From the human T2T-CHM13v2.0 reference genome, Homo sapiens, in assembly GCF_009914755.1 (NCBI RefSeq), contig NC_060927.1: a stretch of DNA of 64,000 nt. One strand, given 5' to 3'. Both the position numbers and the translations under genes were made by a program. Every line of letters begins with the position of its first letter. The stretch's first letter is position 1. Below, piece by piece: positions 12,251 through 32,392 of the stretch. The notes below the pieces were generated by a model that was not told the origin of the DNA, did not search any database, and worked only from the letters and a program-made list of their open reading frames with translations.

Positions 12251-13639
12251 GAAAAATCTCAAGGGAAATAGAGAATAATTGAGGTCAATGTATAATAATT
12301 TCTAGTTGAAAGTAGTAGATAATGAATATATAGTTGTTCAGAGAAGAGGGAAAACAATCCAAGTACCTTAATAAAATCTTAACTTTACATCAGTTTACTA
12401 TGAGCAAGAAGAAATAAAGTGCAAGTACGGAAGACATAGTGCTTGCCCAACTAAAGAGGAGTTCTGGGAATAAGCCAAGCACTTGGAATAAGTGACAGTT
12501 GGATAATCCAAATAAACAATTTGGATGTACATAGGATCTTGTATATATATTTATTTATTGCATAAACTTTTATCTCCCAAATCCAATTATGCTTTTAAGA
12601 ATAGGCAAAAGCTTGTTGTAAGGTGATGGATTGATGGTGAATGGGAGTGAGAAGTAAAGCAATTTTTGCAAGCAAGAAAATCAGTTTTGCAATCTGGGAG
12701 GCCCCTTACTTTATACTAAAATATCTATTTGTATAGTTTTGTTCCATTGATGAGAGGAAAATATTTGCGATGACATCCATGTGTCCTGAAGTTTCTATGG
12801 CACTTACCACTTGAGATATTATGTCCTGTTGTAAAAGAAGAGACCATGATGTTTGGTTTAGAAAAGAAGGTTTCCCTATATATCTAGATTATCTATCTGT
12901 CTGTCTGTCTATCTATCTTAATGCCATGCCAATCACCTAATCAATTATCTTTCAATTCAGAGTATGAATTTGCAATTAAATTCTGGGTAGTTCCTTGAAG
13001 TGGCTCTGGGAGTGTTAAGAACTGTAAACAGAGTTGCTATCCTATTATCCAAAGCCTGACTCCAAATTCCTATTTGTTATATAATTCTTCGTTGGACTGG
13101 TGTTTAAACACACATTCCTTTGTATTTATCTTCCATTTCCTGGAGCTTAATTTTCTTCTTGGAGCAAATCGATCTTCATCTTTGGGAGGGTCCAGATCAC
13201 AAAGGGTCTTGTGTGTCTGGTCAAGATGTGCAGATATTATATGTCATAGATTGGGAAGCCAGTGAGAAGACAGGATTATATTGATTTCCCTTCATATTCC
13301 CTTCATATTCCAACCTCACTGGGGAAAGGAGCCTTATGTTGGATATTATAATCCCATAAAGAAACAGGGAGAAAGGGGTTTGAGAAAGAGAAACGTAATC
13401 AATACTCACATACAAACATGTTCCTATGGGGATCTATTGTCAAAACCCTGAGATTTCTTTTGCAATGTTTACCAAGCACTCAGCCCATCAGACATTAAAC
13501 ACATAGGCTCATCACTCCTCTTTGATTCTGGCAGGCAGGTTTCCTAACTTCCAATTTATCTTTCCTATAGAGCAACTGGTCAGATGCTGAGTGTTGGGGA
13601 TTGGGACAGGCAATTTATATTCTAAAATGGAGGCTTTAA

Positions 13640-14510
13640 TACTTTTAATTTTCCCTTGAAAAGTTTCAAATGTACAGAACAATAGAGATAAAAAATTATT
13701 AAAATAAAATCAATAATTTAAAATAATTAAATATTTAATTTAATATTAAAATAGCAGAGAAAGGAACTTTGCGATTCCTGTCACCCATGTTCAATAATTA
13801 GTAATATTTTGCCATACTTGCTTTATTACTAAATCTACATTTTTGCTGGTCTTTTTTATTCATATTATTTTGATTGACAAATCATAATTATAACTATTTA
13901 TGAGGTACAATGTGGTATTTTGATATATGTATAAAATGTGAAATGATTAAATCAAGTAAATTAACATATCCATCACATCAATTATGTATCATTTTTTATG
14001 GTGAGACATTTGAAGTTTACTCTGTTATTTTGAAATACATATTATTGTTGACTATAGTCACCCTGCTCTGCAATAGATCTTAAAACCTATTCCTCCTGTC
14101 TGTCTGACACTTTATACCCTTTGATCAACAGCTCCCTATTGCCTCTCCCAGCCACTCTCTGGTAACCACCATTCTACTCTCTACTTGTATGAGTTCAATA
14201 CTTGTTAGATTCCACACAAAAATGAGATCACATAGTATTTGTCTTTCTGTGCCTGGTTTATTTCACTTTTTGCTGAAGTATTTTAAAGCAAATTTTCTCA
14301 TGACCTCATGTCATTACACCTCTACATGCTTCATTATGCACCTCTTAAAAAGAAACATTTTCTTACATAACCATAGTTATCACATCTAACAATATTAACA
14401 GTGATTCTTGGGTAACCTCTAGTATATCCAGTCTACATTTAAATGTCCCTGCTTGTCTTAAAAATATATTTGTATAGTTGATTTGTTGAGCTAGGATTCA
14501 AACAAAATCA
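13640..14510 (-). mobile_element. L1MC/ME 3' fragment containing an L1MA 3' end (13850-14266)
   Basis: L1MA tail 'aatgattaaatcaagtaaattaacatatccatcac'; flanking duplication tttttgctg. Confidence 0.75.
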
Positions 14511-14663
14511 AAGATATTTTCTAAGCATTTCATTATACTCCAGATATTAGGTTTTCTCTGACAACTTCTTTAACCCCACCTTTTCAGTTTGTATTGGAGT
14601 GCTTTTATGCAGGTCATAATTTTGGAAGCCATTTCTATCCATTTCATTAAATCAGTTACCATG

Positions 14664-15547
<884 letters not shown>

Positions 15548-15724
15548 CCATGGGTCAAAGATGTCTATTAAGTAGGAATTCTATTCTCTGTAGAAGATAA
15601 TTCAGAGACCAGAGAGCTACTGGAGAGGCAACATGCAGTTGAGGAAATGGTAATGAACTTGGAACTGGATTCTAGACTACATTCTGTCAAAGACTTTGAG
15701 CCAAGTTGACCTTTCTGATATTCA

Positions 15725-15928
<204 letters not shown>

Positions 15929-17230
15929 TCAAAGGAATGGGTGGGATAAATTATCCTTGAGGGCCCTTTAAACTCCCTACTCTTTCATCAGAAAAAATCA
16001 AGTAAGATGGACAAAGCAATAGAACAATGAGGGCAGAGGAAAGCAACATAGGACACCAAATTCTTATAAAAGGCCTCAAAGCTTAAGGGAATGTGTGGAA
16101 GGACATGGGGAAGGTCGGGGGGAGAGTAACATTGCAAAGTAACCAAAACAATCTTATTACTTTATGTTGGTGTTTGTGCTGGTATGGAGTGTGTTTAAGT
16201 GGTGTGGACGGAAATGCCTCGGGTCTTACTGAGAGGCATCCTCCTTTTCTTCCCTGTTTCTTCACTATGTCACAGCATACCCACAACAGCCTGATCTGCA
16301 AATCAACAGTGTAAAGAGCTCAAATCCAGAGGCTGAAGGCTTATTGTGTTGACTTTCTCATCCTAGAGGTCACTGAATGCAGAACTTGGGAACTTCTGGA
16401 CTTCCTATGCAACAGCTTGCTTAAACCTGGAAGGGACCCCTGGCTGGGAATAGTCACATTTATCAAATGGTTAATAGATCTTCTACTGGGTTAAAAGCTT
16501 TACATTCGAAATCATCCTATCTTCACAAAAAAATCTCTCTGAAGTAGTTATTGGCACCTCTGCTGTGTTAGTAAGGAAACGAAGTTCAGCAGAAGATACG
16601 ATTTTACTCAAGATGACACAGCTGGCAAGTAGTCAAGTCTGAATCCTTTTCTAATATTAATTTATGGTTATAAATTTCTCTTTAAGCACAACTTTAATTA
16701 CACATAATAAATTTAATGTGTCATATTTTCATTATCATTAGTTCAAAATGCTTTCTAATTTCCATTATGTTTTTTTCACTAATCTGTAGGTTATTTTGAA
16801 GTATATTTTAAACTTCCAGGTGGGTGAGATTTTCACTTATCTGTTAGTTATTAATTCTACCTTACTTGAACTGTGGTTAGAAAACATTTTTATGAATACT
16901 ATTAAACTTAGAAATGTGTAAGACTTGCTTATGGCTTTCAATTTTTGTAAATATCTGTTTATACTTGAAAAGAATGTGTATTCTGAAGTTCTTAGGTGTC
17001 CTCTGTGTGTCAGTTAAATCAAATTATTTGTTGTGCTGTTCAGATCTTCAATATCTTTAGTAAGATATTGCTAAGATTCTACTAAGATGGTGGATTTGTC
17101 CATTTTCTCTTTTAGTTCGGTCATTTTTTTGCCTTATATATTTTGATGCTATGTTACTAAGGGTATATGAATTATATTTGTTATATATGTCTATGGACTG
17201 AAACTTTTATGTTTTTAAAGTATCCCTCTT

Positions 17231-17730
17231 GCACCCTTTTCAGTAAATGGCATGGGGAAAATCTGATTGCCACAGACAGAAGAATGAAACTGGATGCCTA
17301 TTTCTCACAATACACAAAAGCGATTCAAGATTAAAGACTTAACTGTAAGACTTGAAACTGTAAAAATACTAGAAGAAAATCTAGGGAAAACTGTTCTGGA
17401 CATTGGCCTAGAAAAAGAATTTCTGACTAAGACTTCAAAAGCACAGTAAACAAAAATAGACAAACGGGACTTAATGAAACTAAAACTCTTCTGCAGAGCA
17501 AAGAAAATAAGAAACAGAGTGAACAGACAACCTGCAAAATGGGAGATAGACAATGGAGACTAAGAAGAGCAAAGGAATGACAGAGAGGTGGAGGATGAGA
17601 AATTACTTAATGGGTACAAAGTACATTATTTGAGTGATGGATGCCCTAAAAGCTCTGACTTGACCATTATGCAATCTCTGCATGCAATAAAATTGCACTT
17701 GCACCCCATACATTTATATAAATTAAAAAG
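17231..17730 (+). mobile_element. L1MA, 5'-truncated and internally deleted
   Basis: ORF2 piece 'agaagaatgaaactgga...agacaacctgcaaaatggga' fused to the 3' UTR 'gatagacaatggagac'; TSD taaaRtatccctctt. Confidence 0.85.
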
Positions 17731-17787
17731 TAAAATATCCCTCTTTACCACTAGTAATGATTTTCCCCTTAAAATCTATTTTAACTA

Positions 17788-18708
17788 TGTAGCAGACCCT
17801 CTTAATATTCTGCTCATATTTTCCTGTCACTTGCCATTGCTGTGCACACTGATGGTTTTCCTACTGCCATCACCAGTACTCCATTTGAGAGCTTTCTCTG
17901 GTAAGCTTGGTTCGTGTGCAGGGAAGGGAGGCTAAAGGTTCTGGGAAGTTGAAACACCAGTAGCAGTCCTCATCCAGTGACAGATGGAAACTGGAGGATA
18001 AATAACTCAGCTTCGTCATCTATTGGGTGGGACCACTGTGAGGGATATTCTGTATTATCTCTCAGAGGTCCTCAGCAGGGCTGACTCCCAGGTGTCCTTT
18101 GTGGTAACCTGCTCACTAATACCTGGCATTGGCTTCTTTCTCTTCCTTTTATCACCCTTTCCCCTTCCCAGTTCTCCTATTAGAGCTTCTTGTGATCACT
18201 TTCCAAATGAACTATGTGCTATGGTTTGAATATTTGTCACCTCCAAAACTCATGCTCAATTTAATCCCTAATGTAGGAATATTGAGTGGTGCAGCCTTTA
18301 AGATGTGATTGGATCATGAGGACTCTCCCCTCATGAATGGATTAATTCATTCATGGATTAATTGATTAATGAATTAATGAGTTAATGGATTAATGGGTTA
18401 TCATTGGAGGGGAACTTGTGGTTTATAAGAGAGAGACCTGAGCTAGCATCTTAGTATGCTCAGCCCCCTGTCTGTGTGATGCTCTGCACTACCTTGGGAT
18501 TGTGTAGAAAGTCTTCACCAACAAGAAGGCTTTTACCAGATATGTCCCCTTGGCCTTGGGCTTCCCAGTCTCAAGAACTGCAAGAAATAAATTCCTTTTC
18601 TTGATAAATTATCAAGTTTCAAGTATTTCATTATAAGCAACAGAAAATGAATGAATACACTATGTGTTCCTAAATATTTGTCTGAGGTCTGTATCAGAGA
18701 GAATCACA
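17788..18708 (+). mobile_element. LTR33-like ERVL LTR, split by MST
   Basis: 'ggataaataactcagcttc', 'gtggtaacctgctcactaa' and 'gatcactttccaaatgaacta'. Confidence 0.7.
18217..18659 (+). mobile_element. MST (MSTC/D-like) MaLR solo LTR
   Basis: 'tgctatggtttgaat...ccaaaactcatg' ... 'aataca'; perfect TSD ctatg. Confidence 0.9.
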
Positions 18709-19413
18709 GATAGTTTTATGTTTTAGTGTTTGCTTGACATATCTTTTTCTATCTTTTTATTTCCAACCTTTCTATATCCTCTTATTTTAGACATGTCTCT
18801 AGTAAGTATATAGCATGTTTTGTTTTTTTTTTTAATAATACAATAATTTCTCTTTTAATTGAATCATTTATTTCATTTCTATTTGATGCAATCACTGATA
18901 ATCTTTGTTTTCTTCGCTCCCCTTTTGTTCTTTCTTAACTTTTGGTTTTATATTCATCTAATGTTTTCATTATTCAACTTCTCCTCCTATCAGCTTGATA
19001 CTTACACACCGTCTTACTATTTTAGTGATTAGAGATTACCATAGCTATCCTCAATTTATCAAAATCAACTTTCCTAGTTAAAGCTGTGAGTCATTGTTCA
19101 TAGCTGACATCCACAGTGGTGTGGGTTTAATTCCTATCAGCAGCTCATGTCAACTCTTTCTTTGCTTTCACTACAGTTTTCTTTTTACTTGGGTATAACT
19201 GACCAACAATGTTATGGGATCCTTAAAAGAGAGAGTAGTGGTGAGAATGGTAAGGTTGGAGATAAGGGGAGGTGTCATCATGGAATCAAAGAAACAGTTT
19301 TTGGTTTTTGGGGTCTTGGTGACATCACCTTTTTCTTTGCTCCTGGCCTCCCTAAAACCTCCCTTCTGTCTCACCCTTCCTGCTCTGTCTCCTGCTCTTT
19401 TTTTCTCTAGCTC

Positions 19414-19904
19414 TATGGTAGTTTACTAGGGCTGCTGGAATGAAGTACCGTAAGCTTGGTGTCTTAAACAACAGAAATTTATTGTCTCACAGAGCTGGAG
19501 GCTAGAATTCTGAAATAAAGGTGGCAGGGCCATATTTCCTCCTAAGATTCAATGGCAGAATATTTTCTTGCCTCTTCCTATCTTCCTAGCTTCTTCTGGT
19601 GGTTGCCAGCAATCCTTGCCATATCTTGGCTTGTAGACATGTTATTCCAATCTTTGCCCTCATCTTTATAGGGCATTCTTCCCTGTGCGTCTCTATGTCT
19701 CCTCACATGGCATTCTCATTGTGTGTCTGTGTTCTCATTTTCTTCTTCTTATAAGAATACCAGTTACTGGATTGGGGCCCACCCTAATCCAGCATGACCT
19801 CATCCTAACTTGATTACATCTTCAAGATCTTATTACCAAACAAGGTCACATTCTGAGGTTCCATGTGGACATAAATTTTGGGGGATGCTCTTCAACCCAG
19901 TACA
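19414..19904 (-). mobile_element. MLT1 (A-C-like) MaLR solo LTR
   Basis: 'ttaaacaacagaaatttattgtctcacag' and 'aaggtcacattctgagg'; perfect TSD agctc. Confidence 0.9.
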
Positions 19905-20259
19905 AGCTCACTTACTCTGTAGAGTGCAGTAAAAGTAGCACTGACTTAGAAATTAGACATTCTAAGTACTAATTGTGCTTGTGCTACTAATTATATAATA
20001 CAGACTTTGGAGTTCACAAGCAGGGGTTCAAATCTCAGCTTTGTCATTTAACTACCTTGAGCCTCAGAGTAGTAAAATCAAATGATTTTATTTTTGAGAT
20101 TCAGCTTTCAAATTCTAGTCACTCCTTTGGGCTATTTCTTTTTCTTACTCTGCCATGCCCATCTAATCCCTTTCCTCTTTAACAACTTGACCTCTTAATT
20201 CCAGTTTTCTTCCTCCTTAATTCTCCTCTTTATCCTTTTCTTCCCACTTTAGAAAAACA

Positions 20260-20394
20260 TTATTTCTTTTAAATAATAGAGACAGGGTCTCACCGTGTTG
20301 CCCAGGCTAGTCTCAAACTCCTGGGCTCAAGCAGTCCCCCAACCCTGGCCTTCTAAAGTGCTGGGATTACAGGCATTAGCTACCATGCCTGGCC
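20260..20394 (-). mobile_element. FLAM/Alu left monomer
   Basis: Reverse left arm only. Confidence 0.9.
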
Positions 20395-20419
20395 TCTCCC
20401 CAGTTTTTTTCCTTACAAC

Positions 20420-20551
20420 TAGGATGATATTCATCCTGGTTTGTCCAGGAACAGTCCCAGTTTATGCCCATTGTCACAGTATAATTATTGATAATGCCCC
20501 CTTCTACTTTCAAAGCATTCTGGTTTAATGATGAGTTAAATGATTGCCCTA
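20420..20551 (-). mobile_element. MER94-like hAT MITE
   Basis: About 132 bp with degenerate TAGGGTGA..CCCTA termini; 'cagtcccagtttatgcc' and 'ataattattgataatgccccctt'. Confidence 0.75.
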
Positions 20552-20569
20552 CTTAGAGTGTTTTCATAA

Positions 20570-20825
20570 CACTTAGACCTGCCTCTATCACTGCATGATT
20601 CACAATGTACTATGTTATTGTATTTTAATTGTTTTTTGGATTTGTCTCCTTGGTGGGATTTAGGGTAGTCACTGGGAATGATTTTCTTCATTTCTGCAGA
20701 CTCCACCATATATACCTGGCATTGGGAGGAGCTCAGTCATGCTGCTTGGACATGGGAATGTTTTTGAAACCTTGCTTCTTTCATTTTGTGCATAGCAGGT
20801 GTTCAATAAATCATTTTTAATTGAA
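20570..20825 (+). mobile_element. L2 3' end
   Basis: 'catagcaggtgttcaataaat'. Confidence 0.55.
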
Positions 20826-21589
20826 GTAGATAGCTGTCTATTATGAAAATGAGAAATGAACTTGACAAGAACACTGCTTCTTCTCTCTGCCCTCCTTTAT
20901 TTGTCATCATTAGCTCAGAGATCTCATTTTACCTCCAGATTTGTGAGTCATTTCTTCCTCTTGCCTCACCCATAGCTATTTTAATTCTTTGAAAACTGGA
21001 GTTAGTTATCCTTTTCAAGCCTCCAGTGAGTGCTGCGGTGACCTGATTTCCAGTTGCTGGGTGCTTGCTTTGGGCAAGTGTACCTCCACGATTGAAATCT
21101 TCCCTCCACCCCGAGCTCCTGAGGCTCTCTCCACTCTGTCATCTGTTTCAGAAGCAGTTTTTGTACCACCTTGCTTTTACCTTTGAGGCCATACCCACTG
21201 TTGGTTACTTCATCCTGTGGCTATGTCTATACAAGTGAAATTAAGTGCATAATGAAGTCAATGGTGGGTTTAATTCAGGCCACTTTTGCCTGACACTTCT
21301 TTCTTTTGCTGTCAGCTCATCACCTCAGCACCCCCAACCCACTTATTGTTTGGAGGCTGGGATCTGCTATGCCACAGGAGTATTTTCTGAGCCTTGTCAT
21401 TTACTTCAAATGATGGAAGACATTTTCTTTCTTCAGGAATTATGAGACCTAATCCACCTGGATTTAGCAAATGGGTTGTTCTTCCTGCTGGTTGCTAAAA
21501 ACCATCACGTATTCAGTTTTCGACAAACAATTGTTGAGAACTTACTAGGTACAAGCAATAATACCAACACAATTATTGTCTTCAGGGAG

Positions 21590-22039
21590 TTCTCTAGAGG
21601 CTGCGGGCGTGCACTGCTCAAATCCACTTGCGTGAGAAGCTCATGAGGAGGGTAGTTAGCTGACAGTTTCCAGCTGCGGCCCCTCTGGCTCTGCCCCTGC
21701 ATTCACGCTGACAAGTCACAGACTTCTGGGGATTCTTCTAGCTAGTAACTGAATGTGGTAGTTGTATGGTACCATGGTCAGGCTATTTCTGGCTGGCATG
21801 GGACTCCTCTAATGAGGAGTCTTTGCTTGAGGCCTCCTGGTCGGCCTGGCTCAGACTCAGTGCTGCAATGCCGTCTGACTCCTACTACCCAGTCCTCCTC
21901 CTTCCCTCCTATTCTGAAGGCCCTCCCTGCCCATGCTGGTTGCCCCTCCCCAAATCCTTCACAGGCGTTTCTCCCAAGAAATCTCCTGCATGACTAATTT
22001 TGTCTTGGCATCTTGTTCGTAGAAGAGTTGAGCTGACAC
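21590..22039 (+). mobile_element. LTR16A-like ERVL solo LTR
   Basis: 'agttagctgacag', 'cccaaatccttcacaggcgtttctcccaa' and the end 'gagctgacaca'. Confidence 0.75.
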
Positions 22040-22327
22040 AAGTTTCCAGTCCAGTATTGTAGATTAAACATGTGCACAAAGAACACAGCATACTCTTCAT
22101 TATATTCCTCTCCAACATTAAGTGGTGAGATTAAAGTACAACAGGGACAGGTAATCTTAGATTGCGAAAAGAGGTATATTTTATATTTACCATAGTCTGT
22201 CATTTCCGAGAAGGCAAAGACCATGACCAACATAATTATTTGTTCAGGTGAACAGTTCTTTGTTCACTTGTCATGGGTGATAAGTAAAAGCACTTAAGAG
22301 AAGAAGAATAATAATAGTTGTGTAATT

Positions 22328-22328
<1 letters not shown>

Positions 22329-22370
<42 letters not shown>
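22329..22370 (+). repeat. (TAA)n microsatellite at a MIR tail
   Basis: About 14 perfect TAA units. Confidence 0.95.
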
Positions 22371-22371
<1 letters not shown>

Positions 22372-22471
22372 TTATTGAGGGCCCTGTCTCTGCCAGGCAT
22401 TAGGTACTTTGTGTATCTTTTTTTCCAGTCTTCATAACAACCAAGCAAAGAAGGTATTGCTGTCATCCTCA

Positions 22472-22935
<464 letters not shown>

Positions 22936-23279
22936 AGATTGCTCAAGGTCACCCTGAAGCTAGTGAGTGGCTGTGCCAGGGTTTGGGTTTGTGAAGCTCT
23001 GATGCTCTTGAATTTCCCATGATACCATGCTCTGTCTTTAGGGTGATCTTCAGACTTAGGCCACATGGTAATCAGTCTGGGGAATTTGAGGAATATCCCT
23101 CCCAATGGGCTAGGGAGTCTATAGCCTAGACCAGATCTTAGTCCATGAGTTCTACATTCTTAATATTTCACAGTGTATTTTTAGGAACTTCTGAAAAAGA
23201 AAGATGATGTCTTCAAGATGGGCTTCTCCTTTTTTATTAGATCCTGTTGTCCAGAGTTGTAGAGCTAGAAAGTACCCTA

Positions 23280-23480
23280 GAAAAAAAGCCAGATACAAAA
23301 AGCCAATATGGTATGATTCCATTTATATGAAATTTCCAGAATAGGGAAGTGACTTAATGAGGGTGGGGTTTCTTTTTCGGGTAATGAAAATGTTCTGAAA
23401 TTAGATAGTAGTAATGATTGCACAACTCTTTGAATATACTAAAAACCACTGAGTAAGTATAGTTTAAAAGAGTAAATATA
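23280..23480 (+). mobile_element. L1MB 3' UTR fragment
   Basis: 'tatgattccatttatatgaaa' and 'atgaaaatgttctgaaattagatagt'. Confidence 0.8.
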
Positions 23481-23645
23481 ATAAATATATATACAGTGTA
23501 TTAGGCTTCCAGGCTCTCTTTAAGAACTCAAAAACTTGAGTTAGATAAAACTTCTTACATTACAAATGTTTAAGCTAAACTAAATTATGATTCATCTCTA
23601 GGCTTTTACCTTACTTCTAGAGGTCGAATGGCTTTCTTACTCTAA

Positions 23646-28452
<4,807 letters not shown>

Positions 28453-28453
28453 C

Positions 28454-28761
28454 TATTTTTATTTATTTACTTTTTTGAGACAGAGTCTCGCTCTGTTGCC
28501 AGGCTGGAGTGCAGTGGTGGAATCTCGGCTCACTGCAACCTCTGCCTTGCAGGTCCCAGTTCAATCAATTCTCCTGCCTCAGCCTCCTGAGTAGCTGGCA
28601 TTACAGGTGTGCACCACCATACCCAGCTAATTTTTGTATTTTTAGAGGAGATGGGGTTTCACCATGTTGGCCAAGCTGGTCTTGAATTCCTGACCTTGTC
28701 ATCTGCCCACCTTGGCCTCCCGAAGTGCTGGGATTACAGGTGTGAGCCACCACGCCTGGCC
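28454..28761 (-). mobile_element. AluS, full length, nested in the linker of the split Alu
   Basis: Complete reverse dimer followed directly by another left arm. Confidence 0.95.
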
Positions 28762-28855
28762 TAATTTTTGTATTTTTAGTAGAGATGGGGTTTTGCCATG
28801 TTGGCCAGGATGGTCTCACACTCCTGACCTCAGGTGATCCGCCCACCTCTGCCTC
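28762..28855 (-). mobile_element. 5'-truncated left arm of the split Alu
   Basis: Starts at the linker 'taatttttgtattttt' and ends 'cacctctgcctc' at the TSD. Confidence 0.9.
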
Positions 28856-29789
28856 AGATTATTCTTTTTCAAGGTTTTCAAGTATTCTGTTTGAATGGGG
28901 TGTTTAAGTCAAGTGGCCAATCAGGTTCTCAACTTTGGACTTGGTCCTGGATCTAGTTGTCAGACACCAGTGAAGCTCCAGTGACTGGGGAAAATAGGAA
29001 GACCTAGACAAGACTCCTGTTTTGATAGGTGGGGCTTGAGCAATTTCTGCCAATTGCTTAACATTGATTAAGACATCCCCGCACAGGGACATTAATTAAG
29101 ACATTCTTGCATGTCTACCAGGAATCCAGGAGCTGCGATTGTACTGAAAGCTGATACTATGCAATTAGTTGGCTCCCACAGATGTGGGAACTTCCTGTTC
29201 TTGGTGGAGGTCAGAGAAGCTTTGCTTTTTCCTATAACTCCCTTGTCCCACCAGGTGTAGGGTGACTCTGCAGGGCTGGGCTCCAGACAGGGAGTCTTTC
29301 CATCCATCTTCAATCACTAGCTATAGGTGCCAGTTGCTGTAAAATTCTTGAATGAGTTGGTTGTGGTCTTTGTGTCTCAATTGTCCTAGCTGTAGAATGA
29401 GGTTAATGGCAATGGATCCAGATATTGTGCTTGTGTGAAGAGAAGTTTGAAGAGACCTTAGGATCCATTATGTCTGACACAGACTTAGAGACAGGAAGTG
29501 ACATTGGCAGTTGATAGCAGAGCTGGGACTAAACCCAGGTCTCTAAATTCATAGTCTAAGGTCGTTTCCACTTTGACTTATTCACAAGCAGACATGTGAT
29601 CACAGAAGAGGAAACCAAAATAGAGCAGGGATTGATTTACAAACCCAGAATGTTCTACTTGCTATATTATATCTACACCAATCCCCCAATCTTGTTTCTG
29701 TACTTTTTTTCCTCTGGATTTCTCTGTAGGCTGTTTTCTAGCCATTTTGGGGATAATTTTTCCAGATATTTCTCGTATTGAACCTCAAA

Positions 29790-30090
29790 ATTCAATTTAT
29801 TTCTAATCTATTCCACAAACACTTTTAAAAGTGTGTTCTAGGCATTGTGGTAGTAGGAGATGAAAGATGAATCAGACCTAGAACCTGCCCCTGAGGCATG
29901 TACAATCTAGAAGAGGAAACAGGCATCAATATTTGACAACACACAATCCTACTTACTACAATGAAAACATGCCAAAGGTACAGAAAAGAGAAAATGAGTG
30001 AGTAACTTCAGGGCATGGGGCATGAAAGGCAGGGAGATGGAAGTAGGATTCACAGAAGAGAGTGGCATCTAAATTGGGCTTGAAAGAAAA
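29790..30090 (-). mobile_element. L2 fragment
   Basis: 'ttccacaaacactt...ctaggcattgtg...agatgaatcagacctagaacctgcccctgagg'. Confidence 0.6.
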
Positions 30091-30439
30091 ACAGCAATTA
30101 GAATAAAAAATTTGCTGATATGCTTTTACTTATTATGCTTCTATTCAAGCACTATTTATTGCATTTGGTGTAACAAAAATTGTATGACAAATGCTTCTAG
30201 AAGATGACAGATAGATAGGTACAAGTTGGAACTTGGCTTTCATACTGAAAAGCTCACCAGAGAAAGTTTAGAACTTAACTCAGATACTGTTTCCATAACA
30301 TGCCATTGCCGAGGAGGCTAATTGCAAGAAGTGCTTTGCCTGTAGCCAGAGAAAAGATGGATATGACCATTATGTTTATTTCAAGGGCAGCAACAATATT
30401 GGTAATTAAACTTTTTCAAGCATTTACCATGTGCTGTAC

Positions 30440-30746
30440 TTTTTTTTTTTCTTTTTTTTTTTTTTGATACGGAGTCTCGCTTTGTAGCCCAGGTTGGAAT
30501 GCGGTGGACGATCTTGGCTCACTGCAACCTCTGCCACCTGGGTTCAAGCAATTCTCCTGCCTCAGCCTCTTGAGTAGCTGGGATTACAGGTGTGTGCCAC
30601 CACACCCAGCTAATTTTTGTATTTTTAGTAGAGATGTGGTTTCACCATGTTGGGCAGGCTGGTTTCGAACTCCTGACCTCAAGTGATCTGCCCACCTCGG
30701 CCTCCCAAAGTGCTGGGATTACAGGTGTGAGCCACCGGGCCCAGCC
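30440..30746 (-). mobile_element. AluS inside a MIR (MIR about 30420-30950)
   Basis: Full reverse dimer; TSD catgtgctgta. Confidence 0.96.
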
Positions 30747-31556
30747 CATGTGCTGTATTTTGTATATGTTACAAGCATCGTGTTATTTAATTCTCATAAT
30801 AACCATATACAAAGTAGGTACCAGTATTACTGGTGGCTCAGAGAGGGAAAGCAATAACTTGTCTAAGGTCAGAGAACTAAAAAATGACAAGCCAGAATTA
30901 GAACCCAGGGGTTTCTAACTCCAGGGACTGAATTTTAACTCCTATCCTGACCCATGGTAGGAACAGAGTTGGATTGTAACCCAGAATTCATCTGGATCTG
31001 TTAAATCTCTGCATAGAAGTCCTAGCCATGAGAATATGCTAGGTCCATGGGGTTAGACTCATGAGTGAATACTTGCTGAGTCCCTGCTTAATACTGTATG
31101 CCCTGTAAGGAGTGCAGAGAAATGTGAGCTGATATCCTGGAGGATGAAACAAAACAAAGCTGTGGCCGTAAGAGAATAAGTGCCTGGCCTAAGGTCACAT
31201 GGCTAGTGAATGAGACCCAGAACTTGAATGGAGGACTTTTAACATTGAAACTAGTGCTCTTTTATCTACAATCCTTCTAGATAGGCTTCGACATTTATGC
31301 ATAGGAGAGTCGGCTCCTGTAGGACCAGAACCTCAAAAAAATCTTACACAACTTTTAGGGTCAAGGTTTATTATAGTTTCTTTTCTGACCTAGAACAGGC
31401 ATTCACAAAATTTATAATAGTGGTGATGCCAGAAAAAGATGTTTTGAGACTGTGAGCCAGAAAGATTTCTAAGTCTCCCTTTGATGTGACCCCTTCTTTT
31501 CTTTTCTACTCTTCAATTCTGACCCATGAACTACTTGATATTAAAAAAGTCCTGCT

Positions 31557-32392
31557 ACATAAACAGACACTTCTCAAAAGAAGACATTCACATAGCCAAC
31601 AAACATGAAAAAAAGCTCAACATCACTGATCATTAGAGAAATGCAAATCAAAATCACAATGAGATACCATCTCACGCCAGTCAGAATGGACATTATTAAA
31701 AAGTCAAGAAACAACAGATGCTGGTGAGGTTGTGGAGAAACAGGAACGCTTTTACACTGTTGGTGGGAATGTAAATTAGTTCAACCATTGCGGGAGACAG
31801 TGTGGTGATTCCTCAAAGATCTAGAACCAGAAACACCATTTGACCCAGCAATCCCATTACTGAGTATATACCCAAAGGAATATAAATCATTCTGTTACAA
31901 AGATACCTGCACACGTATGTTCATTGCAGCACTATTCACAATAGAAGAGACACGGGCTCAACTCAAATGCCCATCACTGATAGAGTGGATAAAGAAAATG
32001 TGGTGCATATATATACCATGGAACACTATACAGCCATAAAAAGGAATGAGTTCATGTCCTTTGCAGGGACATGGATGAAGCTGGAAGCCATTATCCCTGG
32101 CAAACTAACACAGGAACAGAAAACCAAACACTGCATGTTCTCCATGTTCTCACTTATAAGTGGGAGCTGAACAATAAGATCACATGGACCCAGGGAGGGG
32201 AACAACATACACTGTGGCCTGTTGGGGGTTGGGTGGGGGAGGGACAGTATTAGAAAAAATAGCTAATGCATGCTGGGCTTTACACCTAGGTGATGGGTTA
32301 ACAGGTACAGTAAACCACTATGGTACATGTTTACCTATGTAACAAACCTGCACATCCTGCACATGTACCCTAGAACTAAAAATTAAGAAAAA
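31557..32392 (+). mobile_element. L1PA (about PA10-13) 3' end, 5'-truncated
   Basis: ORF2 C-terminus plus 3' UTR 'gctaatgcatgctgggctt...cctgcacatcctgcacatgtacc'. Confidence 0.93.

Larger units (their letters stand above)
16650..19070 (-). mobile_element. Ancient L1M ORF2 fragment hosting L1MA, LTR33-like and MST insertions
   Basis: Degenerate reverse L1 'cttgaaaagaatgtgtattctg' and 'gatggtggatttgtccattt', resuming after each insert. Confidence 0.7.

Noticed and set aside
18330-18400. (atggatta)-like tandem repeats
   Set aside because: A normal internal feature of MST LTRs, at most slightly expanded.
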